Origin: an uncultured Thermoleophilia bacterium
Lineage (GTDB): Bacteria > Actinomycetota > Thermoleophilia > UBA2241
NCBI GenBank assembly: GCA_963702475.1
Contig: CAVPCT010000005.1
Location: 384,001-448,000 of the forward strand
Direction of reading: 5' to 3'
Length of the DNA stretch: 64,000 nucleotides
Position 1 is the stretch's first letter. Each line of letters starts with the position of its first letter. The translations under genes and the position numbers were made by a program. A model generated the notes under the pieces. It ran no database searches. It worked only from the letters and a program-made list of their open reading frames with translations, and was not told where the DNA came from. Positions 1 to 12,346 of this stretch are shown one piece after another.

Positions 1-25
1 GCCGACCCGCCATGGTCGTCCGACT

Positions 26-2455
26 CTAGCCCAGCTCCTTTCTGAAGACCAGAGCACCGTCGGCCAGATCCACGACCACCGTGTCGCCCTCCTTGAACTC
101 GGCGCGCAGCAACGCGCTGGAGAGCGGATTCTCGACGAGCCGCTGGATGGCGCGCCTGAGGGGCCGCGCCCCGTACTCGGCGTCATAGCCCTCGTCGGCG
201 ATGTGTTCCCTGGCCGCCTGCGTGACCTCCAGTCTCATGCCCTGGCCGCCGGCCAGATCGCGGAGGCGCGCGAGCAGCAGGTCGACCACCTGCGCCAGCT
301 CCTCCCGGCTGAGCGGGTCGAACACGACGATCTCGTCCACACGGTTCAGGAACTCCGGCCGGAACGCCTTGCGCAGCTCCTCGAGCAGGCGCCGCTCGAG
401 GTCCTCGTGCCCGCCTGCGTCGTGCTCGGCCGCGAAGCCCAGCCGCTGCCTGTTGATCATGCCGCTGCCGATGTTGCTGGTCATGATGACGACCGTGTTC
501 TTGAAGTCCACGGTGCGGCCCTTGCCGTCTGTGAGGCGGCCGTCGTCGAGGATCTGCAACAAGGCGTTGAACACGTCCGGGTGCGCCTTCTCGATCTCGT
601 CGAACAGCACCACGCTGTACGGCCGCCGGCGGACCGCCTCGGTGAGCTGGCCGCCCTCGTCGTACCCCACGTAGCCGGGCGGCGCCCCCGTGAGCCGCGC
701 CACGGTGTGCTTCTCCTGGTACTCACTCATGTCGAGCCGCACGAGCGCCGACTCGTCGTCGAACAGGAACTCGGCCAGGGCGCGGGCGAGCTCGGTCTTT
801 CCCACGCCCGTCGGGCCGAGGAAGATGAACGAGCCTATCGGCCGCTTGGGGTCCTTGAGCCCCGCGCGGGCCCGGCGGACAGCTTCGCTGACCGCCTCCA
901 CTGCGCGGTCCTGCCCGATCACGCGACCGTGCAGGTTCCCCTCCATCTCGAGCAGCTTGTCGGCCTCCGCCTGCAGCATGCGCTGCACGGGGATGCCGGT
1001 CCACTTGCTTACCAGCTCGGCGATGTCGTCGGTGTCCACCGTGGCGTCGGCGATACCCTTCTCGGCCAGCCACGCGTCCTTGGCCCTGACGAACGTGTCC
1101 TGGATCTTGTCGGCCTGCGCCTTGAGCTCGGCGGCGCGCTCGTAGTCCTGCGCCTGCACCGCCGCCGCGCCCTCGCGCGTGAGCTCCTGGAGCTTGAGCT
1201 CCATCTCGCGCAGATCCGGCGGCAGCATGGTGGCCTCGATGCGGAGCTTGCTGGCCGCCTCGTCCAGCAGGTCGATCGCCTTGTCGGGAAGGAAGCGGTC
1301 GCTGATGTAGCGGTCGCTGAGATAGGCCGCCTCGCGGATGGCCGCGTCGGTGATGCTCACCTTGTGGTGCGCCTCGTACTTGTCGCGCAGGCCCATGAGG
1401 ATGGCCACCGTCTCTTCCACCGTGGGTTCGCCGACGAGGATGGGCTGGAACCGCCGCTCCAACGCCGCGTCCTTCTCGATGTGCCTGCGGTACTCGTCGA
1501 GTGTGGTCGCGCCCACGCACTGCAGCTCGCCCCGCGCCAGCATGGGTTTCATCATGTTGGCGGCGTCGATGGCGCCCTCGGCGGCACCAGCCCCCACGAC
1601 GTTGTGCAACTCGTCGATGAACAGCACGACGTCCCTGGAGCGCAGCACCTCGTCCAGGGCGCCTTTGAGGCGCTCCTCGAACTCCCCGCGGTACTTGGAG
1701 CCGGCCACCATGGCGCCCAGGTCGAGCGCCAGCACGCGCTTGCCGCGCAGGATCTCGGGCACGTCGGCGGTCACGATCTTCTGCGCGAGCCCGTCGGCGA
1801 TGGCCGTCTTGCCCACGCCGGGCTCGCCGATGAGCACCGGGTTGTTCTTGGTGCGGCGACTCAGTACCTGGATGACCCGCTTGATCTCCTCGTCACGGCC
1901 GATCACAGGGTCCAGCTTGCCGTCTCGGGCCATGGCCGTCAGGTCGCGCGTGTACTTCTTGAGCATGCTCTCGCCGGTGGCGCTGGCCTCGTAGTCGAGG
2001 CCGGTGGAACGCACCTGGGAGAGGGCGCGCCGCAGTCCCTCCTCGGTCATGCCGACGTCGCGCAGGATCGCGCTGCCCGGGCCCTCCCCTTCGAGGAAGA
2101 TGCCGAACAGCAGGTGCTCGGTACCGACCATCTCGTCGCCCATCTTCTGGGCCTCCTGGACAGCCAGGTCGAGGGCCGCCTTGGCGCGCGGGGTCATGTA
2201 GAGCATCTCGGCCGGCCCGGAGGGACCGGAGGTGCCGGCCGGCTGGTTCTGAGCCATCCGGTCGGCGCGCGTCATCAGCTGACCTTTGTCGATGCCGAGC
2301 ACGTTGAGGATCTGCTCGACCACGCCGCCGGGCAGGCTGAGCACGCCGATGAGCAGGTGCTCGGTGCCCAGTACGTTGCCGGACCCGCGGCGCACCACGC
2401 CCTGTGCGGTCTCGATGGCCTCACGGGCCCGTTCGGAGAACTTGTTCACGTCCAT
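26..2455 (-). CDS. clpC: ATP-dependent Clp protease ATPase subunit, ClpC-type
   Basis: Two Clp-N repeats (GTEHLL twice), two AAA+ modules ([16 protein letters not shown]), short UVR-like middle domain ([10 protein letters not shown]), LGF loop. Confidence 0.85.
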   Translation of the reverse strand: MDVNKFSERAREAIETAQGVVRRGSGNVLGTEHLLIGVLSLPGGVVEQILNVLGIDKGQLMTRADRMAQNQPAGTSGPSGPAEMLYMTPRAKAALDLAVQEAQKMGDEMVGTEHLLFGIFLEGEGPGSAILRDVGMTEEGLRRALSQVRSTGLDYEASATGESMLKKYTRDLTAMARDGKLDPVIGRDEEIKRVIQVLSRRTKNNPVLIGEPGVGKTAIADGLAQKIVTADVPEILRGKRVLALDLGAMVAGSKYRGEFEERLKGALDEVLRSRDVVLFIDELHNVVGAGAAEGAIDAANMMKPMLARGELQCVGATTLDEYRRHIEKDAALERRFQPILVGEPTVEETVAILMGLRDKYEAHHKVSITDAAIREAAYLSDRYISDRFLPDKAIDLLDEAASKLRIEATMLPPDLREMELKLQELTREGAAAVQAQDYERAAELKAQADKIQDTFVRAKDAWLAEKGIADATVDTDDIAELVSKWTGIPVQRMLQAEADKLLEMEGNLHGRVIGQDRAVEAVSEAVRRARAGLKDPKRPIGSFIFLGPTGVGKTELARALAEFLFDDESALVRLDMSEYQEKHTVARLTGAPPGYVGYDEGGQLTEAVRRRPYSVVLFDEIEKAHPDVFNALLQILDDGRLTDGKGRTVDFKNTVVIMTSNIGSGMINRQRLGFAAEHDAGGHEDLERRLLEELRKAFRPEFLNRVDEIVVFDPLSREELAQVVDLLLARLRDLAGGQGMRLEVTQAAREHIADEGYDAEYGARPLRRAIQRLVENPLSSALLRAEFKEGDTVVVDLADGALVFRKELG

Positions 2456-2527
2456 GGAGTACCTGTCTCTCTGGGATCGCCGCCGAAAACTGAGGGGGGT
2501 CGGGCCGGCGGTGCGGACCCGCGGGGG

Positions 2528-2935
2528 TCAGAACCGCCGGCGGGCGCGGCCGATGTGCACGATCTGGCCCTGACGCACCGGCACGAGCTCCGCACGGTGG
2601 GAGCGCTCCACGCGCTCGACCTCCGTGCGCATGGCCCGCATGGCATCTTCGAGGCGGGCCTGAAGGGCCAGCACCTCGGCGGCCATGACGCTCATCTGCT
2701 CCTCCATGGCCAGCACGCGCTCGACGCCGGCCAGGTTGAGGCCCAGCTCGGTGAGCTCCTGGATGCGGCGCAGCCGGTCCACGTCGCGCTGCGAGTAGCG
2801 CCGCGTGTTGCCACCGGTGCGCTGCGGATGCACCAGGCCGCGACGCTCGTACAGGCGCAGCGTCTGCGGGTGCATGCCGGCGAGCTCGGCCGCGACCGAG
2901 ATCATGAAGAGCGCCCTGTCGTCGTCACCGGTCAC
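2528..2935 (-). CDS. hspR: MerR-family heat-shock repressor HspR
   Basis: ISVAAELAGMHPQTLRLYER signature; downstream of dnaJ. Confidence 0.9.
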   Translation of the reverse strand: MTGDDDRALFMISVAAELAGMHPQTLRLYERRGLVHPQRTGGNTRRYSQRDVDRLRRIQELTELGLNLAGVERVLAMEEQMSVMAAEVLALQARLEDAMRAMRTEVERVERSHRAELVPVRQGQIVHIGRARRRF

Positions 2936-2946
2936 GGGTCACCCTC

Positions 2947-4071
2947 TCAGGCCACCGATGCCCGCGGGTCGGGCAGTGTGACCGCGAGCTGCTCGAAGAG
3001 CTGCTTCTGCTCCTTGGTGAGCTTCTCCGGCACGCGCACACGAAGCTTTACGTGCAGGTCGCCCTGCCCGCCGCCCTTGAGCTTTGGGGCGCCCTTGCCG
3101 CGCACACGCAGCGTACGCCCGTCCTGGCTGCCGGCCGGGACCTTGAGCGAGACGTGCCCGCCGCCCGGCGTCGGGATCCTGAGCGTGGCGCCCAGGGCAG
3201 CCTCGCTGATGGTCACCGGGACCTCGAGCACGATGTTGTCCCCGTTCCGCTCGAACAGGTCGTCCTGCTCGACGTGGACGCGCACGAAGAGGTCGCCGGC
3301 CTGGCCGCCACGCTGGCCGGTCTCACCCTTGCCCTTGACCTTGATCTTGGTGCCGTCCTTGACGCCGGCTGGGATCTTCACGTTCAACGGTCTCGTGGTG
3401 TGCTGTACCCCGGTCCCACCGCAGGTGACGCAGGGCTCCTCGATGATGGTGCCCTGGCCGTGACAGCGCGGACACTGCTGCGGCATGGCGAACCCGCCCA
3501 TGCTGCGCGTGATGCTGCCGCGCCCCTGGCACTCCGGGCAGACCTTGGCCGTCGTGCCCGGCTTGGCGCCGCTGCCGTGGCAGGTCTGGCAGGCGTCGTC
3601 CTTGTCCACCGGCACGCGCACGCTCACGCCGCGCAGGGAGTCGTCGAAGGACACCGTCACGTCGACCTGCAGGTCGTCGCCGCGAGCCGACCGCTTGCGC
3701 CGGCCGCCGCCCGCCCCCCCGCCGAACAGGTTGCCCAGGATGTCGCCCAGGTCGCCCACGTCGAACTGCACGTTGCCCTGCTGGCCGAACATGCGGGGAT
3801 CGAAACCCTGGTAGCCGCCGGCGCCGGGCCTGAAGCCGCCGGCGCCCGGGCCGAAAGCCCCCAGCCGGCTCAGCTCGTCGTACTGCTTGCGCTTGTCCGG
3901 GTCGGAAAGCGTCTCATACGCCTCGCTGACCTCCTTGAACTTGTCCTCGGCGGTCTTGTCGCCGGGGTGCTTGTCCGGGTGGTACTCGCGGGCGAGCTTG
4001 CGGAACGCCTTCTTGATCTCGTCCTGGGAGGCGTTCTTGGGCACGCCCAGTGTCTGGTAGAAGTCGCTCAT
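2947..4071 (-). CDS. dnaJ: Chaperone DnaJ
   Basis: J domain with HPD, G/F region, four CxxCxGxG repeats. Confidence 0.97.
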   Translation of the reverse strand: MSDFYQTLGVPKNASQDEIKKAFRKLAREYHPDKHPGDKTAEDKFKEVSEAYETLSDPDKRKQYDELSRLGAFGPGAGGFRPGAGGYQGFDPRMFGQQGNVQFDVGDLGDILGNLFGGGAGGGRRKRSARGDDLQVDVTVSFDDSLRGVSVRVPVDKDDACQTCHGSGAKPGTTAKVCPECQGRGSITRSMGGFAMPQQCPRCHGQGTIIEEPCVTCGGTGVQHTTRPLNVKIPAGVKDGTKIKVKGKGETGQRGGQAGDLFVRVHVEQDDLFERNGDNIVLEVPVTISEAALGATLRIPTPGGGHVSLKVPAGSQDGRTLRVRGKGAPKLKGGGQGDLHVKLRVRVPEKLTKEQKQLFEQLAVTLPDPRASVA

Positions 4072-4072
4072 C

Positions 4073-4741
4073 TCAGCTCGCCACGATGACCTTGGCCGGG
4101 CGCAGCAGCCTGCCGTGCAGCAGGTAGCCGCGCTCCAGCACCTGGGTCACCGTGCCCTCCTCGTGCTCGCCCGAGGGCTGCGCCAGGACCGCTTCATGGA
4201 TGTTGGGGTCGAACAGCGCGCCCGGCTCGACGGGCACCTCCTGCAGACCGTGCCCCTCGAGGGTGGCGCGCAGCTGGCCGGCCACGAGCCCGAGGCCGGC
4301 CAGGAGCTGGCCCTCCTCGTGCCGGGCGGCGGCCTCCAGGGCCCTGCCCATGTTGTCCATGACCGGCAGCAAGGACTCCACGACCGCCTCCGAGGCGCGC
4401 AGCCGCAGCTGCTCCTCATCGCGCTGCACGCGCTTGCGGTAGTTGTCGAACTCCGCCTTGAGGCGCTGCAAGTGGTCGACGAAGACGTCGCGCTCGGCGC
4501 ACACCCTAACGAACTCGTCGCCGCCCGCCGCTCTGACGTCCGGCATCGGGATCGGCTCGTCGTGCGTGCCGCCCGGCACCTGAACCTCGCCGGCCTTCTC
4601 CTGCCCTGCCGCCTCCGCCTGGGCCGCGCTCGCCGCCTGCTCGCCGGCCTTTGCGGCCGCCCTGGCGTCGCCCTTGTCGACCGGGATCTTCCTGGCGCCC
4701 TTGCGCTTGCCGTCGTCGCTGGGGTTCTTCCTGTCCGCCAT
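4073..4741 (-). CDS. grpE: Nucleotide exchange factor GrpE
   Basis: [32 protein letters not shown]; start moved to ATG at 4741. Confidence 0.93.
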   Translation of the reverse strand: MADRKNPSDDGKRKGARKIPVDKGDARAAAKAGEQAASAAQAEAAGQEKAGEVQVPGGTHDEPIPMPDVRAAGGDEFVRVCAERDVFVDHLQRLKAEFDNYRKRVQRDEEQLRLRASEAVVESLLPVMDNMGRALEAAARHEEGQLLAGLGLVAGQLRATLEGHGLQEVPVEPGALFDPNIHEAVLAQPSGEHEEGTVTQVLERGYLLHGRLLRPAKVIVAS

Positions 4742-4850
4742 GTCGCTCGTGTGCTCCTGTCTCGTGCCGCTCCCTGCGGCCGCGCCGCTTGAACGGCGTG
4801 GCCGCGGCGCGGCGGCTGGCCGCCGCGCCGGGCCTACGCCCGCTCGTTCC

Positions 4851-5330
4851 TCAATTCTGGGCGTCGCCCTCGGGCTGCGCCCCGGCCTTCTTGGCCTCGA
4901 CCGTCTTCTTGGCCTTGACCTCGATGCGCTTGGGCTTCTCCTCATCGACCTTGGGCACGGTGACGGTGAGGATGCCGTCGTCGTAGCTCGCCGAGATGTC
5001 GTCGGGCTTCACACCCTGAGGGAGTGCCAGACTGCGCTGGAAGCTGCCGTAGCGGCGCTCCACGCGGTAGTAGCGCTCCTCGTCGACCTTCTCATCGAAT
5101 CTGCGCTCACCCTTGACCGTGAGCACGTTGTCCTCTACCTCGATCTGGATGTCGTCGGGGTCCATGCCGGCCAGCTCGGCCTTCACCACCACGGCGTCCT
5201 TGTTGTCGAAGACGTCCACAGCCGGCAGCCAGCTCTCCTGACGCCCGCCCCACATCTGGTCCACGAGCCGGTTGAACTGGCTCTGGACGTTCGTCATCTC
5301 GCGGAACGGGTCCCACCTGATGATCGCCAT
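4851..5330 (-). CDS. Hsp20/alpha-crystallin small heat-shock protein
   Basis: MAIIRWDPF start after GAGGAGG SD; ERRYGSFQRSL and ASYDDGILTVTVPK motifs. Confidence 0.93.
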   Translation of the reverse strand: MAIIRWDPFREMTNVQSQFNRLVDQMWGGRQESWLPAVDVFDNKDAVVVKAELAGMDPDDIQIEVEDNVLTVKGERRFDEKVDEERYYRVERRYGSFQRSLALPQGVKPDDISASYDDGILTVTVPKVDEEKPKRIEVKAKKTVEAKKAGAQPEGDAQN

Positions 5331-5412
5331 CGTTGACACCTCCTCGTGTCTCGGGTGTTCCGGCGGGCGGCACCGACGAATGGGCGCCACCCGCCGCGAC
5401 TCCTGTGAGTCG

Positions 5413-7311
<1,899 letters not shown>

Positions 7312-7353
7312 CTACCTTCCTCCTTGCGGATTGCAGCGTGCCGAAGCACAAAA

Positions 7354-7374
7354 TATGAGTCAGTTCGTGTCAAC
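7354..7374. promoter_or_regulatory. Degenerate HAIR (HspR operator) overlapping a TTGACA hexamer on the dnaK strand
   Basis: TATGAGT-N7-TGTCAAC versus HAIR consensus CTTGAGT-N7-ACTCAAG; about 43 nt upstream of dnaK; hspR is in the operon. Confidence 0.65.
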
Positions 7375-7699
7375 TTTATGCCCTGGTCCTTTGAGGAGCA
7401 AACACGCGGGCCCTTCGGCCGCCCTCGCTCCGCGTCACGCTTTGAGGCCCTGCCGACGGCGGCACGACGTGAGATCGTTCGGGCGGCCGAGACGCGCACG
7501 CCGACGCGAGCCGGCACGTCGTTTTCCTACCTTCCCTCGAGGCTCCGTGTCAGCTCCGGCAACGGCGTCGCGAGGCATCTCGCCTGTGGCGCTCCGAGGG
7601 GTGAAAGACGCGTGGACCGGCGCCGTTCATCTGATAGATTCCGAGGGTCATGACCCGACGGTCATTACGCTTCTTTAAGATTGCCAACGCACACAGAAT

Positions 7700-7715
7700 C
7701 GTGTATACCGTCACA
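7700..7715. promoter_or_regulatory. CRP/FNR-family-like site upstream of the multiheme cytochrome
   Basis: CGTGT-N6-TCACA versus TGTGA-N6-TCACA; ATACCGTCACA recurs at 7856-7866. Confidence 0.4.
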
Positions 7716-7978
7716 ATCTCCGCATACCCCCAAGGGTGTGCAGGGCGAGGAGCACGAGCAATGGGGACTCGGGGGACACCACGCGTGACACGCGCGACCA
7801 AGCCACACCGTGGCTCGGCGGCTTCGCGACCCCACTCCCTCCTCTCTCTCCACGAATACCGTCACACGTTGCCCGGGCTTCGCGTGGCGTGTTCGACCAC
7901 CATTCCGCTGAGGGGGAAGGAGGTGATTCTGTGAGAGCGGACAAGCATTCTTCTTCCCCGACCTGCAAGGAGGTGACC

Positions 7979-9724
7979 ATGGCAAAGCGCTTACTCCTCG
8001 TCGCTGTGATTCTGGCCGCCGTCCTTGTGGTCGCGGCCCCGGCGCTCGCCTTCAACGGCGCGCGCGAAGACTACACGCCGTCCGACACCTGCAAGGGCTG
8101 CCACCAGGGCATGGCGAGCATCCCCGCGGTGTACGACATGTGGGCCGAGACCAAGCACTCCGAGGCCAACGCGGACAACCAGAGCCTCCGTCTGCCGTAC
8201 GGCAGCGTGTGCGGCGGTTGCCACACCGGCAACTATGCGCCGGGCAAGGTCGTGCCGACCCCGACCGCGACGTCCAGCACCGGCGCCGTCACGTGGGTCG
8301 CCGGCAACGTGACGCCCGACACGGCTCATCAGGCCGACGGCAACTCCGCCGCGTCCGAGCTGGCCGTCGGGTGCTCCTCGTGCCACCAGAGCCAGACGGC
8401 GGCGCACGCAGCGCCGCAGGTCAACCTGGCGAACCCGGACATCTGCGGCCAGTGCCACACGCGCTACAGCTACACGGTCGCGACGTACTCCGTCGCCCCC
8501 GTGCCGTACGTCAGCGTGGCAGCCGGCTCGCCGGTGCCGAACCCGAACCAGACCACGCTCATCCAGCCGCAGATGGCCATCGGCTTCTCGCCGATGGGCG
8601 ACGCGGCTGGTGGCTGGGCCCCGGCTTCGCTGACGACCAACCTCAACATCCCGACTCCGGGCTGGTCGCCGACTCCCGATCCCAAGGCCACCACGGCCGG
8701 CTTCGGTCGTCTGCAGACTTACTGGCAGCTGGACGGCGAGACTCTGCCGTGGGCCCAGACAGCCCACGACGGCAACGCCCAGCAGTACTCCGAGTGGTAC
8801 GGCCCGGCCGACAACCACCGCTTCGCGCTCGAGAACCTGAAGAAGGCCGTGGGTCCCAACCCGCCGGCTGAGTGCCTCGAGTGCCACAGCGCCGACTACA
8901 TCATCGCGGAAGAGGGCGACAAGCCCACTGGCGCGGAGACCAAGTACGGCATCGCCTGTGTGGGCTGCCATACCCCGCACGAGCGCGGCACCGCCGAGGG
9001 CGCGTGGAGCGAGGAGTTCACTCCTCAGCTGCGCTACGACAACGCCGCCAAGCTCTGCTCAAGCTGCCACCAGGCTCTGCTTAACGGCAAGGTGGCGAAG
9101 GCCGGCACCACCGTCCACAACCCCATGAAGGAGATGATGGACGGCTCCGGCGCCATCGGCGTCATGCAGGGCTCCCCAAGCGTCCACAGGGGCAAGTGCG
9201 TGGAGTGCCACATGCCGCCGACCACTTTCAGCCGCGGCAGCGTGCAGCTCGGCGCCAACCACACCTTCAAGATCATCGAGCCGGAGGTAGCGGCCGAGGC
9301 TTCGCCTATCCCGGTCCGCACGACGACCCCGACGCCGGGTGCGTCGCCGTCGATTACTTACAGCTCGATGCCGTTCTCCGCGTGCACGACCTGCCACAGC
9401 CGTCCTGGTGACGAAGCCGCCACCTGGCTGCAGCACGTCATCGACGACCGTCAGGTCGCCATGCACCGCTGGAACGACCAGGTCACGGCTGCTCTGACAG
9501 TGGCTGCCAAGAAGCTCGGCTTCAAGAGCACGGCTGCCGCCAACACCGCGATCAACAAGAAGCCGATGAAGAAGTGGACCAAGAACCAGATGAGCTTCCA
9601 GAAGGCGTTCACGAACCAGACGTACATCGTGAACGAGGGCAGCTGGGGCATCCACAACTGGGATTACGCACGCACCGTCATCCTGACGGCGCTGTCGCAG
9701 GCCCGGTCCGTCAACGGCAAGTAA
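7979..9724 (+). CDS. Secreted multiheme cytochrome c (9 CxxCH)
   Basis: SD AAGGAGGTGA; signal peptide ending ALA; CKGCH, CGGCH, CSSCH, CGQCH, CLECH, CVGCH, CSSCH, CVECH, CTTCH; C-terminal EGSWGIHN. Confidence 0.92.
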   Translation: MAKRLLLVAVILAAVLVVAAPALAFNGAREDYTPSDTCKGCHQGMASIPAVYDMWAETKHSEANADNQSLRLPYGSVCGGCHTGNYAPGKVVPTPTATSSTGAVTWVAGNVTPDTAHQADGNSAASELAVGCSSCHQSQTAAHAAPQVNLANPDICGQCHTRYSYTVATYSVAPVPYVSVAAGSPVPNPNQTTLIQPQMAIGFSPMGDAAGGWAPASLTTNLNIPTPGWSPTPDPKATTAGFGRLQTYWQLDGETLPWAQTAHDGNAQQYSEWYGPADNHRFALENLKKAVGPNPPAECLECHSADYIIAEEGDKPTGAETKYGIACVGCHTPHERGTAEGAWSEEFTPQLRYDNAAKLCSSCHQALLNGKVAKAGTTVHNPMKEMMDGSGAIGVMQGSPSVHRGKCVECHMPPTTFSRGSVQLGANHTFKIIEPEVAAEASPIPVRTTTPTPGASPSITYSSMPFSACTTCHSRPGDEAATWLQHVIDDRQVAMHRWNDQVTAALTVAAKKLGFKSTAAANTAINKKPMKKWTKNQMSFQKAFTNQTYIVNEGSWGIHNWDYARTVILTALSQARSVNGK

Positions 9725-9764
9725 GACCGATTCCCCTACGGCCCCCGGGTCGTGCGTGAGTCAC

Positions 9765-9800
9765 AAGGGCGGCTCCCCCTCGGGGGAGCCGCCCTTCTTC
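9765..9800 (+). terminator. Intrinsic terminator after the cytochrome gene
   Basis: AAGGGCGGCTCCCC/GGGGAGCCGCCCTT inverted repeat followed by CTTC. Confidence 0.75.
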
Positions 9801-10078
9801 GTGCCTTCGTGAAAGGCGGCCGCTCCGGCCGAGCGGGCACGGCCCTTGTCCGTCCGGACGGACACACATCCGCACACCGTTCGCCGTTCGTATTGCCGAT
9901 TCGGCTGCCGAAACGGCTAATTCTTTGCCGAACCCTACACATCCGCTTGCGAGTCATATAGAATCGCTGCGACCATGCCAGAGGTCCGCCCGCCCTGTCT
10001 CACGGCGGCGCCGTCAGCATCAGGTACTGCCGCCCCGACCGCAGGCCGGGGCGGGACAACTGTGAAGGAGCAGCCCAC

Positions 10079-11458
10079 ATGGCAGAGTGCGTACCGAACC
10101 GCAAGCTCATCGCGGAACTCATGGAGAAGGAAGAGAAGCGGCTCGAGAAGGAGACGCCGAAGTCCTACGAGCTCTACCAGCGGGCCATCAAGCACATGCC
10201 CATGGGCGTCGCCTCCACCTATCACGCGCGCGACCCGTACCCGGTCTACTTCACCCACGGCAAGGGCCCGCACATCTGGAGCGTCGAGGGCAGGGAGATC
10301 GTCGACTTCCACAACGGCTACGGGTGCATGGTGCAGGGTCACGCCCATCCGCTGATCGTCGAGGCCATCCAGAAGCGCGCCCCGCTCGGCACGCAGTTCG
10401 GTCTGCCGACCGAGGACGCCATCATCATGGCCGAGCACCTCGCCGGCGCCTTCAAGCTCCCGCAGTGGCGCTTCGTGAACTCGGGCTCCGAGGCCACGAT
10501 GGACGCCATCCGCGTCGCCCGCGCCTTCACCGGCCGCGAGACCATCGTCAAGATGTTCGGCTCGTACCACGGCCATCACGACTACGTCATGGTCAGCATC
10601 GGCGCGCTCGACTACGGCAAGATCGGCCCGCGCGACAACTACGCCTCGCTCCCCTACGGCGGCGGCATCCCGCAGGCCTCCATCGACATGACCATCCCGG
10701 TGCCGTTCAACGACATCGAGAACATGACCAAGCGCATCGAAAGCCTGATCGAGCAGGGCGACCCGCCGGCCTGCGTCATCATGGAAGCGGCCATGATGAA
10801 TCTCGGCGTCGTGCTCCCCGAGCCGGGCTTCCTCGAAGGCGTGCGCGCACTCACCAAGAAGCACGGCATCGTGCTCATCTTCGACGACGTCAAGGTCGGC
10901 ATCTGCACCGCCCGCGGCGGCGCAGTCGAGCGCTGGGGCGTCCTGCCCGACATGGTCACCCTCGGCAAGGCGATCGCCGGCGGCACCCCCTGCGGCGCCA
11001 TCGGCGGTAGCGAGGAGATCATGGCCAAGGTCAACGACGGTACCGTCTTCCAGGTCGGCACCTACTCGGGCAACCCGCTCAGCATGGCCGCCGCGCGCGC
11101 CAGCTTCGAGCAGGTCATGACCGACGATGCCTACGCGCACCTCAACAAGCTGAACGACCGGATCATCTCCAAGTGCGACGCCGTCTGCCAGAAGTACGAC
11201 TTCCCCGGCTACACCGTCGGCATCTCGTCCAAGGGCTGCGTCAACTTCGCCCTCGGCAAGATCACCGACTACGAGTCGTTCATCAAGGAGCAGGACGCCG
11301 AGCTCGTCGCCCTGGCGTGGCTGTACAACATCAACCGCGGCCTCATCATCGCCCCCGGCCGCGAAGAGGAGTGGACGCTGTCGATAACGCACACCGACGC
11401 CGACGTCGATCTGTTCGTGGACGCGTTCGAGGACCTCGTCCGCGACGTCACCGCCTGA
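10079..11458 (+). CDS. Class III PLP aminotransferase (glutamate-1-semialdehyde aminomutase-like)
   Basis: FVNSGSEAT, YHGHHD, IFDDVK, PDMVTLGKAIAGG (PLP Lys), GTYSGNP. Confidence 0.85.
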   Translation: MAECVPNRKLIAELMEKEEKRLEKETPKSYELYQRAIKHMPMGVASTYHARDPYPVYFTHGKGPHIWSVEGREIVDFHNGYGCMVQGHAHPLIVEAIQKRAPLGTQFGLPTEDAIIMAEHLAGAFKLPQWRFVNSGSEATMDAIRVARAFTGRETIVKMFGSYHGHHDYVMVSIGALDYGKIGPRDNYASLPYGGGIPQASIDMTIPVPFNDIENMTKRIESLIEQGDPPACVIMEAAMMNLGVVLPEPGFLEGVRALTKKHGIVLIFDDVKVGICTARGGAVERWGVLPDMVTLGKAIAGGTPCGAIGGSEEIMAKVNDGTVFQVGTYSGNPLSMAAARASFEQVMTDDAYAHLNKLNDRIISKCDAVCQKYDFPGYTVGISSKGCVNFALGKITDYESFIKEQDAELVALAWLYNINRGLIIAPGREEEWTLSITHTDADVDLFVDAFEDLVRDVTA

Positions 11459-11512
11459 CCAGAGGCCGAGGAGACGGCGCCGGGCGCGGGCGTGCGCTCC
11501 GCCCGGCGCCCG

Positions 11513-12319
11513 TCACTCCTGCAAGGCGTCGAGCAACAGGCTCACCTCGGCCCACACGCTCTCGCGGTGCGCCTGCAGGCCTGCGGCGCCGGCCGCACGA
11601 CTGCCGGGCTCGGCCCGGACCAGCAACACACCGGCCTCCACCAGCCGGCCGAGGATGCTGACCACGGTGAGCTCCTCGAGACGAGAGACATCGACTATCT
11701 CCGCCACGGTGCGCCTGTCGTCGACCAGGGCGAGCACGAAGAACTCGTCGCGCGCCAGCGTGAGCGGCGCGTGCGGTAGAGTCTCGTAGTGGGTGTTGCG
11801 CACGAGCACCGTGTCGGCCTGGCCCAGCACCTCCACGGCCAGACAGTACTGCCCGCCCAGGGCTGAGATGTCCATGAGCACCGACGAGGTGTCGATGGTG
11901 ACGAAGTCCACGGGAGCGCCGTCCTGGTCGGCCACGAACACGAACGATCCGGAGGTCTCGAGCTTGGCAGCGACGAGCGTGCTGGCAATCTGCCGCGACA
12001 GCACCTCGATGAGGTCGGCCTCGTTCACGAAGCCGGCCTCCACGAGCAGGGTGCCGAGCGGACGCGGCGCGGACTCCTGCAACGTCAGCGCTTCGCGCAG
12101 CTGGCTGTCGTTGACCAGCGCGCGCCGCAGCAGCTGCGTGCCGATGACGGTGTCGGTAGCCACACGCGTGGAGTCGCGCGTCTCCGCGATGCGCCCGTGC
12201 ACGAAGTGCACGTCCACGAGGCGGCCGGGACATTCGATGTGGAGGGTCCCGGAGCGCCGCGTGCGTCCCAGCATCTGGAGGATCTCGACGACGCCGAAGG
12301 TGTCCAGTGTCCCCTGCAT
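11513..12319 (-). CDS. DUF4388/PatA-N-like domain protein
   Basis: MQGTLDTFGVVEILQML...RSGTLHI pattern, then IGTQLLRR/LGTLLVE repeats. Confidence 0.7.
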   Translation of the reverse strand: MQGTLDTFGVVEILQMLGRTRRSGTLHIECPGRLVDVHFVHGRIAETRDSTRVATDTVIGTQLLRRALVNDSQLREALTLQESAPRPLGTLLVEAGFVNEADLIEVLSRQIASTLVAAKLETSGSFVFVADQDGAPVDFVTIDTSSVLMDISALGGQYCLAVEVLGQADTVLVRNTHYETLPHAPLTLARDEFFVLALVDDRRTVAEIVDVSRLEELTVVSILGRLVEAGVLLVRAEPGSRAAGAAGLQAHRESVWAEVSLLLDALQE

Positions 12320-12321
12320 TC

Positions 12322-12345
12322 CGGCCCGAGTCTATAATCGGGCCG
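12322..12345. promoter_or_regulatory. Overlapping divergent -10 boxes within an 8-bp inverted repeat
   Basis: TATAAT (+, 12333-12338) and TAGACT (-, 12329-12334) flanked by CGGCCCGA/TCGGGCCG; only 27 bp between the two ATGs. Confidence 0.65.
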
Positions 12346-12346
12346 C

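Noticed and set aside
203-3463. 1086-aa plus-strand ORF
   Set aside because: Antisense shadow of clpC/hspR/dnaJ caused by high GC3; no recognisable motifs.
7740-7835. Possible c-di-GMP-I riboswitch before the cytochrome gene
   Set aside because: Lacks the GCAAA elements and tetraloop/receptor pattern; kept only as a generic structured leader.
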